This document shows, piece by piece, positions 13,249 to 23,786 of a DNA stretch of 64,000 nucleotides. This DNA comes from a phage, in the NCBI GenBank assembly GCA_021537435.1, contig GCA_021537435.1_3050.1. One strand, 5' to 3'. Numbering within the stretch: position 1 is the first letter of the stretch; every line of letters starts with the position of its first letter. The translations under genes were made by a program, and so were the position numbers. The notes under the pieces were generated by a model. That model did not search any database. It was given only the letters and a program-made list of their open reading frames with translations, and was not told the DNA's origin.

Positions 13249-14379
13249 TTATGGATAGGTATAGATGATACCAGTTTCTAAAGCAGTTTTGTGAATGATG
13301 TATCCATTACGCGATTCTTGAACATCAACTTCTGGATAATCTTTCATCATTTTCTGAAGAGTGTAACGATGCAAGTAGTACTTACTATCTGGATCATCAG
13401 TTTTCCAATCTTTACCTTCTTCGGTCATTTTTTGGATTTCATCCATAACCCACCAACCACACCAGATGTAAGCTGAAGTACGATGTGGAAGAGGATGAAC
13501 ATAAGGTAATTCACCTTCTGGTTCTGGAGCAACTTTATCAGTTACCTGAACTTGACCTTCTGCTGTAATAGTTTTGCTATCATAATCAGTAGCAGTAACA
13601 ATTGCAGTAACTTCAATAGTTTGACTTCCAATAGATGAGGTATCAACGGTATATACATTAGTTGACCCTTCTACAGGAGAAGAATCTTTCTTCCATGAAT
13701 ACGCAATTTGCGCTTCTTCTGGAGCATCAGTGACATTAGCGGTAAATGTAGCCGAAGCATCTTGTTGAACGTTAATAGAAGGAGGAGTCAATGTAACCTG
13801 TGGATTCATTGTCTTCTTATTAACCGTTAATGATACTTCATTCGAAGTAACTTCTTTTGCGTCATAATCTGTTGCGGTTACTTGAGCCACACACTTGATT
13901 TTTTTAACTCCGCTTGTAGTAGGAGTGTAATTGAATGTAGCAGAAGTTGCTTCGCCCACAGGAGAATCATCTACATACCATTGATAAGTAGCGTTTGCGC
14001 CTGATGGCTGCGAAGCTAAAGTAGCGGTAAATTCAACAGCTGTTCCGATTACTCCAGCCGCAGGACTATCAGGAGTTACTGCCAAGGTAGTCGTCTGAGT
14101 CTTGTTTTTGACTGTGATAGTTGTACTAATTTCAGCTGTTTCAGCTTCAGAATCAGGAATAGTATTTGTTGCAACTACCTTAATAGTCTTTTGACCGGCA
14201 GGTCCTTTTAATACATAATCAAAAGTTGCGGCTGATCCTTCTTGGGGAGCATTATCTACACTCCATGCATAGGTAATAGTTCCACCTTCAGCCTGACCAC
14301 TAGGTGCAGCAGTAAACTGTTTGGTTTCATCAATAACCCCTGTTGGTGTTTTAGGAGTTATATCAACTGTAAAAGCCAT
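13249..14379 (-). CDS. hoc: highly immunogenic outer capsid protein Hoc
   Basis: 376 aa, T/S-rich tandem Ig-like segments; position after the 24 block. Confidence 0.9.
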   Translation of the reverse strand: MAFTVDITPKTPTGVIDETKQFTAAPSGQAEGGTITYAWSVDNAPQEGSAATFDYVLKGPAGQKTIKVVATNTIPDSEAETAEISTTITVKNKTQTTTLAVTPDSPAAGVIGTAVEFTATLASQPSGANATYQWYVDDSPVGEATSATFNYTPTTSGVKKIKCVAQVTATDYDAKEVTSNEVSLTVNKKTMNPQVTLTPPSINVQQDASATFTANVTDAPEEAQIAYSWKKDSSPVEGSTNVYTVDTSSIGSQTIEVTAIVTATDYDSKTITAEGQVQVTDKVAPEPEGELPYVHPLPHRTSAYIWCGWWVMDEIQKMTEEGKDWKTDDPDSKYYLHRYTLQKMMKDYPEVDVQESRNGYIIHKTALETGIIYTYP

Positions 14380-14388
14380 AAGTTATCC

Positions 14389-15069
14389 TTATTTTAATGT
14401 TACGAAAGAAGAATTGCGTGTTTCACGAATTAAAACTGATCCGTCACGGTTAATGTAATAAATTAAGCTAAATAAAGTTTGGTGTGCTGACGCGTGTTCA
14501 AAACTAGTTGGGTGAGATTTCCAATCAGGAGTTTCAGCAATCCATTGATAAATCCACCAAGGAACGGTACAAAATCCTGGATTTTTTCCAATCAGCTGAA
14601 GATTCGGACTAAAGTTTTCCGGAAGAGTAAATACAGACGGCTTTTCAGATTCAATAATCTCAGCTACAGCCTGTTCGAATTTTTCTTCAACAAAAGGAGT
14701 GTCTTCAATCAAAACATCAGTATTTTCAGGAATTTTATCCGTTTCTACTACTTCAATTTTAATGTCAGATTTAACCGGAGAATCAATCAGAAGTGCTGCT
14801 TCTGGATTGACTTCTTCATCGTCATATTTTAATCCCTCTGCGACATCAGCAGCATCAATTAAGTCTTTAATAGATAACCCATCAGTCTCTGGCATAGGTT
14901 CACTAGCGAGCTTCTGGAGGGCTTCTTCAATATCAGCAACGATATTATCAAAAGATTTATTCTTTTTGACCTTTATACCAAACTGTTCAGCATATTCAGC
15001 TAATTTAGCTTTAGCTTCTTTATTATCATCAAGAGCCTTCAGCTCTGCAATATAATCTTTATCTATCAT
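14389..15069 (-). CDS. inh: inhibitor of prohead protease (Inh)
   Basis: 226-aa ORF immediately upstream of hoc on the minus strand; SD GAGGAAA before the ATG. Confidence 0.8.
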   Translation of the reverse strand: MIDKDYIAELKALDDNKEAKAKLAEYAEQFGIKVKKNKSFDNIVADIEEALQKLASEPMPETDGLSIKDLIDAADVAEGLKYDDEEVNPEAALLIDSPVKSDIKIEVVETDKIPENTDVLIEDTPFVEEKFEQAVAEIIESEKPSVFTLPENFSPNLQLIGKNPGFCTVPWWIYQWIAETPDWKSHPTSFEHASAHQTLFSLIYYINRDGSVLIRETRNSSFVTLK

Positions 15070-15082
15070 AATATTTCCTCAG

Positions 15083-15090
15083 TATAAATA
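15083..15090 (+). promoter_or_regulatory. late promoter motif TATAAATA (uvsW)
   Basis: Exact match ~30 nt upstream of uvsW. Confidence 0.55.
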
Positions 15091-15119
15091 TAGATATATT
15101 TATTACATGGTATTTAGAC

Positions 15120-16631
15120 ATGACTGACATTAAAGTACATTTTTATGATTTTAGTCACGTGAGAATTGATTGTGAAGAAAGTACATTTCATGAACTCCGT
15201 GATTTCTTTAGCTTTGAAGCTGATGGGTATCGTTTTAATCCGAAGTACAGATATGGCCACTGGGATGGACGAATCCGTCTGTTAGATTATAATCGTCTTC
15301 TTCCATTCGGCTTAGTCGGGCAAATTAAAAAATTCTGTGATAACTTTGGCTATAAAGCCTGGATTGACCCGCAAATTAACGAAAAAGAAGAATTATCAAG
15401 AAAAGATTTTGATGAATGGCTTTCTAAATTAGAAATCTATTCAGGAAATAAAAGAATTGAACCACACTGGTATCAAAAAGATGCAGTGTTCGAAGGATTA
15501 GTTAATCGTCGTAGAATTCTTAATCTTCCAACATCCGCTGGTAAATCATTAATTCAAGCTTTGCTTGCGCGATATTATTTGGAAAATTATGAAGGTAAAA
15601 TTCTTATCATTGTTCCAACAACTGCCTTAACAACTCAGATGGCTGATGACTTCGTCGACTATCGTCTATTCAGTCATGCAATGATAAAGAAAATTGGTGG
15701 CGGAGCATCAAAAGATGATAAATATAAAAATGATGCACCAGTCGTCGTTGGTACATGGCAAACTGTAGTTAAACAACCAAAAGAATGGTTCTCACAGTTT
15801 GGAATGATGATGAATGATGAATGCCATCTTGCTACTGGAAAAAGTATTTCATCTATCATATCAGGTTTAAATAACTGTATGTTTAAATTTGGTTTATCTG
15901 GTTCATTACGTGATGGCAAAGCCAATATCATGCAGTATGTTGGAATGTTTGGTGAAATATTTAAGCCGGTAACGACCTCTAAATTAATGGAAGATGGACA
16001 AGTAACTGAGTTAAAAATTAATAGCATTTTTCTTCGCTATCCCGATGAGTTCACTACTAAATTAAAGGGAAAAACTTATCAAGAAGAAATAAAAATTATT
16101 ACTGGGCTCAGTAAAAGAAATAAATGGATCGCTAAATTAGCTATTAAGCTTGCGCAAAAAGATGAAAACGCTTTTGTCATGTTTAAACATGTATCACATG
16201 GTAAAGCTATTTTCGATTTAATTAAAAATGAATACGATAAAGTTTATTACGTATCAGGGGAAGTTGATACCGAAACCCGCAATATAATGAAAACCTTAGC
16301 TGAAAATGGTAAAGGAATAATTATAGTAGCTAGTTATGGTGTATTTTCTACTGGTATTTCAGTTAAAAATCTGCATCACGTTGTTTTAGCGCACGGTGTT
16401 AAATCTAAAATTATTGTATTGCAAACAATAGGTCGCGTATTACGTAAGCATGGTTCTAAGACAATAGCAACCGTCTGGGACCTCATAGATGACGCGGGCG
16501 TAGTTTCTAAATCAAAAACATCTTCTAAAAAATACTCGCATTTAAACTATCTTTTAAAACATGGACTTGATCGTATTCAGCGTTATGCTGATGAAAAGTT
16601 TAATTATGTGATGAAAGAGGTTAAACTTTGA
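15120..16631 (+). CDS. uvsW: UvsW SF2 DNA/RNA helicase
   Basis: 503 aa; Walker A PTSAGKS, DECH box (MNDECHL); late promoter TATAAATA at 15083-15090. Confidence 0.93.
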   Translation: MTDIKVHFYDFSHVRIDCEESTFHELRDFFSFEADGYRFNPKYRYGHWDGRIRLLDYNRLLPFGLVGQIKKFCDNFGYKAWIDPQINEKEELSRKDFDEWLSKLEIYSGNKRIEPHWYQKDAVFEGLVNRRRILNLPTSAGKSLIQALLARYYLENYEGKILIIVPTTALTTQMADDFVDYRLFSHAMIKKIGGGASKDDKYKNDAPVVVGTWQTVVKQPKEWFSQFGMMMNDECHLATGKSISSIISGLNNCMFKFGLSGSLRDGKANIMQYVGMFGEIFKPVTTSKLMEDGQVTELKINSIFLRYPDEFTTKLKGKTYQEEIKIITGLSKRNKWIAKLAIKLAQKDENAFVMFKHVSHGKAIFDLIKNEYDKVYYVSGEVDTETRNIMKTLAENGKGIIIVASYGVFSTGISVKNLHHVVLAHGVKSKIIVLQTIGRVLRKHGSKTIATVWDLIDDAGVVSKSKTSSKKYSHLNYLLKHGLDRIQRYADEKFNYVMKEVKL

Positions 16632-17320
16632 ATTATAAATTAATATATGATAATTTAATTAATAGAGCCCAGAATCGGGCTCGCCTTAATGGATACACTG
16701 AAACACATCATATAATTCCTAGATGTATGGGTGGTACAAATGATAAGTGTAATTTAGTAGAACTAACGGCTGAAGAACATTTTATAGCCCATAAACTTTT
16801 AGCTAAAATTCATCCAAACCATTACGGTATAATTAAAGCTGTTATATGTATGGGGATGAATTCAAATACTCATGAAAGACACGTCAATAAATCTTACGCA
16901 TGGGAACGTCGTAAAATGGCAGAACTTCAATCCGGCGAAGGTAATCCATTTTACGGAAAACACCATACGGAAGAACATAAACAATATATGTCAAAACTCA
17001 TGAAAAGTCGTCCAATTACATGGGGAAATAAAATTAGTAAAACTAAAAGAATGAACCCAACGAAATGGACTGAAGAAGCTAAAAGATTACATTCAATCAA
17101 TCAATCGGGTAAAAATAACGGCATGTATGGAAGGAAACATTCCGCTAAATCTATTCAGAAAATTAAAGATAACATGCCAGATAATTCAGGAGCTAATAAC
17201 CCAGCTGCTAAACCTATAGAAGTAAATGGTGTTAAGTATAAATGTATGAAAGATGCTTCTAAAGCTACTGGATTATCAATGTACAAACTAAGAATACTTA
17301 GAAAAACAGTTAATTTATAA
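16628..17320 (+). CDS. HNH homing endonuclease-like protein with NUMOD-type DNA-binding repeats (TTG start)
   Basis: 230-aa ORF; HNH core HHIIPRCMGG…N…EEHFIAH; two GxxNPxYGKHH-like repeats; no in-frame ATG upstream of the HNH motif, but TTG at 16628 follows SD AAAGAGG by 6 nt and overlaps the uvsW stop. Confidence 0.8.
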   Translation: MNYKLIYDNLINRAQNRARLNGYTETHHIIPRCMGGTNDKCNLVELTAEEHFIAHKLLAKIHPNHYGIIKAVICMGMNSNTHERHVNKSYAWERRKMAELQSGEGNPFYGKHHTEEHKQYMSKLMKSRPITWGNKISKTKRMNPTKWTEEAKRLHSINQSGKNNGMYGRKHSAKSIQKIKDNMPDNSGANNPAAKPIEVNGVKYKCMKDASKATGLSMYKLRILRKTVNL

Positions 17321-17334
17321 GGGCTTCGGCCCTT
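17319..17334 (+). terminator. hairpin immediately after the HNH ORF stop
   Basis: AAGGGC-ttcg-GCCCTT; weak U tract. Confidence 0.35.
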
Positions 17335-17345
17335 TGGAGAAAAAG

Positions 17346-17576
17346 ATGTTACTAGAATTTAAACAATTTCTTTATGAAGCTTCTATTGATGAATTTATGG
17401 GTAAAATTGCCTCTTGTCAAACATTAGAAGGTTTAGAAGAACTTGAAGCTTATTATAAGAAAAGAGTTAAAGAAACTGAATTAAAAGATACTGATGACAT
17501 CTCAGTCAGAGATGCTTTGGCAGGAAAAAGAGCTGAATTAGAAGATTCAGACGATGAAGTAGAAGAAAGCTTTTAA
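17346..17576 (+). CDS. UvsW.1-like small protein
   Basis: ORF track starts at TTG 17334; the ATG at 17346 (MLLEFKQFLYEAS…) gives 76 aa, matching T4 UvsW.1 as I recall it. Confidence 0.8.
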   Translation: MLLEFKQFLYEASIDEFMGKIASCQTLEGLEELEAYYKKRVKETELKDTDDISVRDALAGKRAELEDSDDEVEESF

Positions 17577-17631
17577 ATTAAAAAAGGCCCAACCAAAAAG
17601 GAAGGGCCAAAACTATAGACTAAAGGTCACA

Positions 17632-17799
17632 CTATAGCAAAAGTTGTGTTTCATTTAATTGTTCTTCCGAACTTTCTGAAACTGGTAGTTCTTTAATGTA
17701 ATTATAACAAGGCCCAGGATGTACAGGACCTTTGTCTGTTTCAACAACCAATGCAGAATCGATTGGAGTTTTACAGACAACACAAATCTTATCTGACAT
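17632..17799 (-). CDS. small Cys-containing protein (uvsY.-2 position), 55 aa
   Basis: Hand-translated: MSDKICVVCKTPIDSALVVETDKGPVHPGPCYNY…; SD GAGGAG 6 nt upstream; below the ORF-track length cut-off. Confidence 0.6.
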   Translation of the reverse strand: MSDKICVVCKTPIDSALVVETDKGPVHPGPCYNYIKELPVSESSEEQLNETQLLL

Positions 17800-17827
17800 G
17801 ATTGTCTCCTCTAAATTATATATCTAT

Positions 17828-18052
17828 TTATATAACTCTCATATGCATATCAATGCCCATATCTTTAGAATAAAAATATTCATCAAGATATCCGGCAAAT
17901 TTTCCTTTAATATAAAGTACATCTTCACCGCATGGGTGGTCGGCCAGGATACGAATATCCTGACGCTTGAGATTATACTTTTTCATTAAGAATTGAATTT
18001 CCGTTTCAAATTCTTCTTCATAATTAAAAGCATCATCAATGCTATATTTCAT
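17828..18052 (-). CDS. hypothetical protein (uvsY.-1 position)
   Basis: 74-aa ORF whose start overlaps the uvsY stop. Confidence 0.65.
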   Translation of the reverse strand: MKYSIDDAFNYEEEFETEIQFLMKKYNLKRQDIRILADHPCGEDVLYIKGKFAGYLDEYFYSKDMGIDMHMRVI

Positions 18053-18465
18053 TATTTTCCAGCCTCAAATGCTCGCATGTCTTGAATATGCTTAATAGCA
18101 AATCCACGTGATTTTATAGCATCAAGAGCTCCGCTACAGAAATCCAATAAAATTCCCCAATATTGTAATGAAGTATCAACTTTTAAAACATCCTTATCAG
18201 CTGATAGAACTGTCTTCATTTCTGATTTTTCATAACGATCCATACTAAATTCATCACCATCTCCTCGTCCCGAGTAGTAGTCTAATTTAGCTTTAAGAGC
18301 AACTTTTTTCTGTGCTTCAATTCTAAGTATTTCCTTTTTAATACTTGAATGCTTATTAAGCCATTTACTATATAACATCACATTATTAGCTGCTTCATAC
18401 TGTAATTTAGTCGAATCTATAAACACATCTTTCTTCAATTCTTCTTGAAGATCTTCTAATTTCAT
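18052..18465 (-). CDS. uvsY: recombination mediator UvsY
   Basis: 137 aa, MKLEDLQEELKKDVFIDSTKLQYEAANN… as T4 UvsY; MotA-type middle promoter upstream. Confidence 0.93.
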   Translation of the reverse strand: MKLEDLQEELKKDVFIDSTKLQYEAANNVMLYSKWLNKHSSIKKEILRIEAQKKVALKAKLDYYSGRGDGDEFSMDRYEKSEMKTVLSADKDVLKVDTSLQYWGILLDFCSGALDAIKSRGFAIKHIQDMRAFEAGK

Positions 18466-18505
18466 GTTGTTCTCTATTCAATTGTTATTGGATGGACTTA
18501 GATTC

Positions 18506-18532
18506 ATTATACCACGTTTATACGTGAAGCAT
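18506..18532 (-). promoter_or_regulatory. MotA-dependent middle promoter for uvsY
   Basis: Minus strand reads AATGCTTCA (MotA-box-like), ~13 nt, then TATAAT, upstream of the uvsY ATG. Confidence 0.55.
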
Positions 18533-18930
18533 TATACTCTATTACTGGAAGCCAGTTGCAGTTTTATCTGCTCAATATCATCAGGGTTATCAATGACCGA
18601 AAAGCGTATTTCTACTATCAGAGTATAATCATCATAAACCGGTATTACATTAACTGCTAATTTATCAATACGTGGCTCATAGTTTCTTACTGCGCTTTCG
18701 ATGTTACGCTCAACCGTATCAGCAGTAAGAGGAGTCATATTTTCAAAAAGCTGATCTGATAAATCACATCCAAATTCAGGGTCAAACGGTCTTGAACCTT
18801 TTCTTGTTGTAATAATTCCTAAAAGACTGTTTTTAATTGACCTTAATCCAAGCGATCTGGAAACGTCTTTGTTCCAATCCATTTTCATTTCCGGGTCAAT
18901 GTCAGAATAAAGCTTATTAATATTTGCCAT
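18532..18930 (-). CDS. 25: baseplate wedge protein gp25
   Basis: 132-aa ORF, position and size of T4 gp25. Confidence 0.88.
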   Translation of the reverse strand: MANINKLYSDIDPEMKMDWNKDVSRSLGLRSIKNSLLGIITTRKGSRPFDPEFGCDLSDQLFENMTPLTADTVERNIESAVRNYEPRIDKLAVNVIPVYDDYTLIVEIRFSVIDNPDDIEQIKLQLASSNRV

Positions 18931-19556
18931 TATAATAACTCAAAGAACTCTTTGAGGCCTCTTATTACATGAGCATGGGTTTTTCCACACTCTGGACACT
19001 TAATTGGAACAGCCAAATAAACAGTAGGTTTTAAAAGCATATCTTTTATAGCTACAATATCTGACTCTGTGATGATAGAATATAAATCTTCTAGTTCCTT
19101 TTCATTTAAGTCTTCAACTGGAATGCTTTCCCCGTTAGCATGAATCGTTTCTATGCATGATACTATCATGTGGGCTATATTTTTATCATCAAAAATTTTA
19201 GGGTATCGGAATTTAATTTTAATGTCACCCAGTGTATACCAGAGGTCTTCTGGTGCATCTATTTGTGTATGTAATAGATTTATATGGGTTGGTATTTCAG
19301 TTCCACAGGTGCACTTCCAGGAGTTTTCGTGATTAACTTCGCCGAGAGAATGTGCCCATAAATGAATCAACAATAGTTCTGATTCTTGGCGGTTTAAATC
19401 TTTTGCATTTGTGCAGTCTTTGATTAGCTTTTTAACAATTACTTCTACGGAACCATTATTTTTGGCAGTAATAAGTTCTAGATATTCTTTAAGCGTGAAT
19501 GCGCGACAATTGATTATTTTAGAACCAACTCTCACATCAAATTTGTATTCATACAT
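18930..19556 (-). CDS. 26: baseplate hub protein gp26
   Basis: 208-aa ORF, start-stop overlap with gene 25. Confidence 0.85.
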   Translation of the reverse strand: MYEYKFDVRVGSKIINCRAFTLKEYLELITAKNNGSVEVIVKKLIKDCTNAKDLNRQESELLLIHLWAHSLGEVNHENSWKCTCGTEIPTHINLLHTQIDAPEDLWYTLGDIKIKFRYPKIFDDKNIAHMIVSCIETIHANGESIPVEDLNEKELEDLYSIITESDIVAIKDMLLKPTVYLAVPIKCPECGKTHAHVIRGLKEFFELL

Positions 19557-19581
19557 ATTTAGCTCCTTTATTTATCATATT

Positions 19582-19589
19582 TATAAATA
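19582..19589 (+). promoter_or_regulatory. late promoter motif TATAAATA (gene 51)
   Basis: Exact match ~18 nt upstream of the gene 51 ATG. Confidence 0.55.
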
Positions 19590-19606
19590 GAATAAAAGGA
19601 GCATCT

Positions 19607-20356
19607 ATGGCAAACATTATTCGTTGTAAATTACCAGATGGTGTTCATCGTTTTAAACCATTTACGGTAGAAGATTATCGAGATTTTTTGTTAGTTCGAA
19701 ACGATATAGAACATCGGTCACCACAAGAACAAAAAGAAATAATTACTGATTTAATTGATGATTATTTTGGAGACTATCCGAAGACTTGGCAACCATTTAT
19801 ATTTTTGCAGGTATTTGTAGGGTCGATAGGTAAAACTAAAGTACCAGTCACATTCGTATGTCCAAAATGTAAAAAAGAAAAGACAGTTCCATTTGAAATA
19901 TATCAAAAAGAATTAAAGGAACCTGTTTTTGATGTAGCTAATGTTAAAATTAAATTAAAGTTTCCTTCTGAGTTTTATGAAAATAAAGCAAAGATGATTA
20001 CTGAAAATATTCATTCCGTCCAAGTAGATGAAATTTGGTATGATTGGAAGGAAATTAGCGAGTCCAGTCAAATAGAACTAGTTGACGCCATCGAGATAGA
20101 AACATTAGAAAAAATTCTCGATGCAATGAATCCTATTAATTTAACTCTACATATGTCATGCTGTAATAAGTACATTAAAAAATACACTGATATAGTAGAC
20201 GTGTTTAAGCTATTAGTTAACCCAGATGAGATATTTACTTTTTATCAAATTAATCACACACTCGTAAAAAGTAATTATAGCTTAAATTCAATAATGAAAA
20301 TGATTCCTGCCGAGCGCGGATTCGTATTAAAACTGATTGAGAAGGATAAACAATAA
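19607..20356 (+). CDS. 51: baseplate hub assembly catalyst gp51
   Basis: 249-aa ORF, divergent from 26; TATAAATA at 19582-19589. Confidence 0.88.
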   Translation: MANIIRCKLPDGVHRFKPFTVEDYRDFLLVRNDIEHRSPQEQKEIITDLIDDYFGDYPKTWQPFIFLQVFVGSIGKTKVPVTFVCPKCKKEKTVPFEIYQKELKEPVFDVANVKIKLKFPSEFYENKAKMITENIHSVQVDEIWYDWKEISESSQIELVDAIEIETLEKILDAMNPINLTLHMSCCNKYIKKYTDIVDVFKLLVNPDEIFTFYQINHTLVKSNYSLNSIMKMIPAERGFVLKLIEKDKQ

Positions 20357-21531
20357 TGAGTATGTTGCAACGCCCCGGATATCCAAATCTCAGCGTTAAA
20401 TTATTTGATAGCTACGACGCTTGGAGTAATAATAGATTTGTTGAATTAGCTGCTACTATTACCACATTAACTATGCGGGATTCTCTTTATGGCCGAAATG
20501 AAGGAATGCTGCAGTTTTATGATTCTAAAAACATCCATACAAAAATGGATGGAAATGAAATAATTCAGATTTCTGTAGCTAATGCAAATGATATTAATAA
20601 TGTTAAAACACGAATTTATGGATGTAAGCATTTTTCCGTGTCAGTAGATTCAAAAGGTGATAACATCATTGCTATTGAATTGGGAACTATTCATTCTATA
20701 GAAAATCTTAAATTTGGTAGACCATTTTTCCCTGATGCGGGTGAATCTATAAAAGAAATGCTTGGCGTCATTTATCAAGACCGTACATTATTAACTCCAG
20801 CGATAAATGCTATAAATGCTTATGTTCCTGATATTCCATGGACTAGCACATTTGAAAACTATTTGTCATATGTAAGAGAAGTTGCTCTAGCTGTAGGAAG
20901 CGACAAATTTGTATTTGTATGGCAAGACATCATGGGAGTTAACATGATGGACTATGATATGATGATAAATCAAGAACCATATCCAATGATTGTCGGTGAG
21001 CCATCTTTAATAGGTCAATTTGTCCAAGAATTAAAATATCCATTAGCATATGATTTTGTTTGGTTGACTAAATCGAATCCTCACAAACGTGACCCAATGA
21101 AAAACGCTACTATCTATGCGCATTCATTTTTAGATTCTTCATTGCCAATGATTACTACAGGAAAGGGTGAAAACTCTATTGTAGTGTCAAGGTCAGGTGC
21201 TTATTCTGAAATGACTTATAGGAATGGATATGAAGAAGCTATTCGTCTTCAAACTATGGCACAATATGACGGCTATGCTAAATGTTCTACTGTCGGTAAT
21301 TTTAACTTGACTCCTGGTGTTAAAATTATTTTTAATGATAGTAAAAACCAATTTAAAACAGAATTTTACGTTGATGAAGTTATCCATGAATTATCCAATA
21401 ATAATTCAGTAACTCATCTATATATGTTCACTAATGCAACGAAACTGGAAACAATAGACCCAGTTAAGGTTAAAAATGAATTTAAATCTGATACTACCAC
21501 TGAAGAAAGTAGTTCTTCCAATAAGCAATAA
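20356..21531 (+). CDS. 27: baseplate hub protein gp27
   Basis: 391 aa, ATGA-overlapped with gene 51. Confidence 0.9.
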   Translation: MSMLQRPGYPNLSVKLFDSYDAWSNNRFVELAATITTLTMRDSLYGRNEGMLQFYDSKNIHTKMDGNEIIQISVANANDINNVKTRIYGCKHFSVSVDSKGDNIIAIELGTIHSIENLKFGRPFFPDAGESIKEMLGVIYQDRTLLTPAINAINAYVPDIPWTSTFENYLSYVREVALAVGSDKFVFVWQDIMGVNMMDYDMMINQEPYPMIVGEPSLIGQFVQELKYPLAYDFVWLTKSNPHKRDPMKNATIYAHSFLDSSLPMITTGKGENSIVVSRSGAYSEMTYRNGYEEAIRLQTMAQYDGYAKCSTVGNFNLTPGVKIIFNDSKNQFKTEFYVDEVIHELSNNNSVTHLYMFTNATKLETIDPVKVKNEFKSDTTTEESSSSNKQ

Positions 21532-22009
21532 AGAAGTTTCTATTCCTAAAATGGGTCTTAAACATTATAACATTTTAAAAGATGTTAAAGGTCCTGATGA
21601 AAATTTAAAACTTCTTATTGATTCTATTTGTCCGAATTTATCACCGGCAGAAGTTGATTTCGTTTCTATTCATTTATTGGAATTTAATGGAAAGATTAAA
21701 TCTCGTAAAGAAATAGATGGCTATACTTATGACATTAATGATGTCTATGTATGCCAAAGATTGGAATTTCAATACCAAGGAAATACATTTTATTTTAGAC
21801 CTCCTGGAAAATTTGAACAATTTTTAACGGTGAGCGATATGTTATCTAAATGCTTGCTTAAGGTCAACGATGAAGTTAAAGAAATTAATTTTCTTGAGAT
21901 GCCAGCATTCGTTTTAAAATGGGCAAATGATATTTTTACAACTTTAGCAATTCCTGGCCCTAATGGTCCAATAACTGGAATTGGCAATATTATTGGATTA
22001 TTTGAATGA
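21476..22009 (+). CDS. 28: baseplate hub distal protein gp28
   Basis: 177 aa, overlaps gp27 3' end in another frame. Confidence 0.8.
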   Translation: MNLNLILPLKKVVLPISNKEVSIPKMGLKHYNILKDVKGPDENLKLLIDSICPNLSPAEVDFVSIHLLEFNGKIKSRKEIDGYTYDINDVYVCQRLEFQYQGNTFYFRPPGKFEQFLTVSDMLSKCLLKVNDEVKEINFLEMPAFVLKWANDIFTTLAIPGPNGPITGIGNIIGLFE

Positions 22010-23778
22010 AAAAGCCACAAGAAATGCAAACGATGCGTAGAAAAGTTATTTCAGATAATAAACCAACACAGGAAGCGGCTAAATCCGCTTCCAACACTTT
22101 ATCTGGACTTAATGATATATCTACGAAATTGGATGATGCTCAAGCTGCTTCTGAATTAATAGCTCAAACTGTCGAAGAAAAATCGAATGAAATAGTTGGA
22201 GCAATTGGTAACGTAGAAAGCGCAGTGAGTGATACTACTGCCGGTTCTGAGTTAATTGCTGAAACTGTCGAAATTGGCAACAATATTAATAAAGAAATCG
22301 GTGAATCACTCGGAAGCAAATTAGATAAATTAACAAGTTTACTAGAGCAAAAAATCCAGACAGCTGGAATTCAACAGACTGGAACTAGTTTAGCCACTGT
22401 TGAAAGCGCTATTCCTGTTAAAGTCGTTGAGGATGATACTGCCGAATCTGTGGGTCCTTTATTACCAGCTCCCGAAGCAGTTAATAATGATCCTGACGCT
22501 GATTTTTTCCCTACCCCTCAACCAGTTGAACCCAAACAAGAATCGCCAGAAGAAAAACAGAAAAAAGAAGCATTTAACTTAAAATTATCTCAAGCTTTAG
22601 ATAAATTAACAAAGACTGTTGATTTTGGATTTAAGAAATCCATTTCAATTAGTGATAAAATATCAAGCATGTTATTTAAGTACACCATAAGTGCTGCTAT
22701 TGAAGCTGCTAAAATGACTGCAATGATATTGGCTGTTGTTGTTGGAATAGACCTTTTGATGGTTCATTTTAAATACTGGTCAGATAAATTTTCAAAAGCC
22801 TGGGATTTATTTAATACTGACTTTACTAAATTCTCTAGCGAAACCGGAACATGGGGTCCTTTATTACAGAGCATCTTTAGTTCTATTGATGAAATTAAAA
22901 AGTTTTGGGAAGCCGGAGATTGGGGTGGATTGACAGTAGCTATTGTTGAAGGGCTTGGAAAGGTTCTTTATAATTTAGGAGAACTTATTCAATTAGGTAT
23001 GGCTAAATTATCTGCGGCAATTCTTCGAGTTATTCCTGGTATGAAAGATACCGCTGATGAAGTAGAAGGAAGAGCGCTGGAAAATTTCCAAAATACTACA
23101 AATGCTTCTCTTAGCAAAGAAGATCAAGAAAAAGTTGCAAATTATCAATATAAAAGAATGAATGGCGATCTTGGTCCAATAGCAAAAGGATTAGACAAAA
23201 TTGCGAATTGGAAAACTCGTGCTTCTAACTGGATTCGTGGTGTTGATAATAAAGAAGCACTAACGACTGATGAAGAGAGAGCAGAGGAAGAAGAAAAATT
23301 AAAGCAACTTTCTCCGGAAGAAGCTAAAATTGCTTTAATGAAAGCTAATGAAGCTCGTGCTGCTATGAATCGTTTTGAACAATATGCTGATTCAGCTGAT
23401 ATGAGTAAAGACTCAACGGTTAAATCAGTTGAGTCTGCCTATGAAGACCTTAAAAAACGGATGGATGACCCGGATTTAAATAATTCACCGGCAGTTAAAA
23501 AAGAACTTGCTGCTAGATTTTCTAAAATTGATGCTACTTATCAAGAGCTCAAGAAAAATCAGCCTAATGCCAAACCTGAAACTTCTGCTAAATCACCAGA
23601 AGCGAAACAAGTCCAGGTGATTGAAAAGAACAAAGCACAGCAAGCTCCTGTTCAACAAGCATCTCCTTCAATCAATAATACTAATAATGTTATTAAGAAA
23701 AATACTGTCGTTCATAATATGACACCCGTAACGAGCACGACTGCTCCTGGTGTATTTGATGCGACTGGAGTTAATTAA
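22006..23778 (+). CDS. 29: tail length tape-measure/baseplate hub protein gp29
   Basis: 590 aa, long alpha-helical composition; position after 28. Confidence 0.88.
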   Translation: MKKPQEMQTMRRKVISDNKPTQEAAKSASNTLSGLNDISTKLDDAQAASELIAQTVEEKSNEIVGAIGNVESAVSDTTAGSELIAETVEIGNNINKEIGESLGSKLDKLTSLLEQKIQTAGIQQTGTSLATVESAIPVKVVEDDTAESVGPLLPAPEAVNNDPDADFFPTPQPVEPKQESPEEKQKKEAFNLKLSQALDKLTKTVDFGFKKSISISDKISSMLFKYTISAAIEAAKMTAMILAVVVGIDLLMVHFKYWSDKFSKAWDLFNTDFTKFSSETGTWGPLLQSIFSSIDEIKKFWEAGDWGGLTVAIVEGLGKVLYNLGELIQLGMAKLSAAILRVIPGMKDTADEVEGRALENFQNTTNASLSKEDQEKVANYQYKRMNGDLGPIAKGLDKIANWKTRASNWIRGVDNKEALTTDEERAEEEEKLKQLSPEEAKIALMKANEARAAMNRFEQYADSADMSKDSTVKSVESAYEDLKKRMDDPDLNNSPAVKKELAARFSKIDATYQELKKNQPNAKPETSAKSPEAKQVQVIEKNKAQQAPVQQASPSINNTNNVIKKNTVVHNMTPVTSTTAPGVFDATGVN

Positions 23779-23786
23779 GGAATAAT

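Noticed and set aside
14494-15055. Two + strand ORFs (112 and 118 aa) overlapping inh
   Set aside because: Entirely antisense to a well-supported gene, low-complexity composition, no RBS.
17732-17989. 85-aa + strand ORF
   Set aside because: Overlaps two well-supported minus-strand genes; low-complexity, no RBS.
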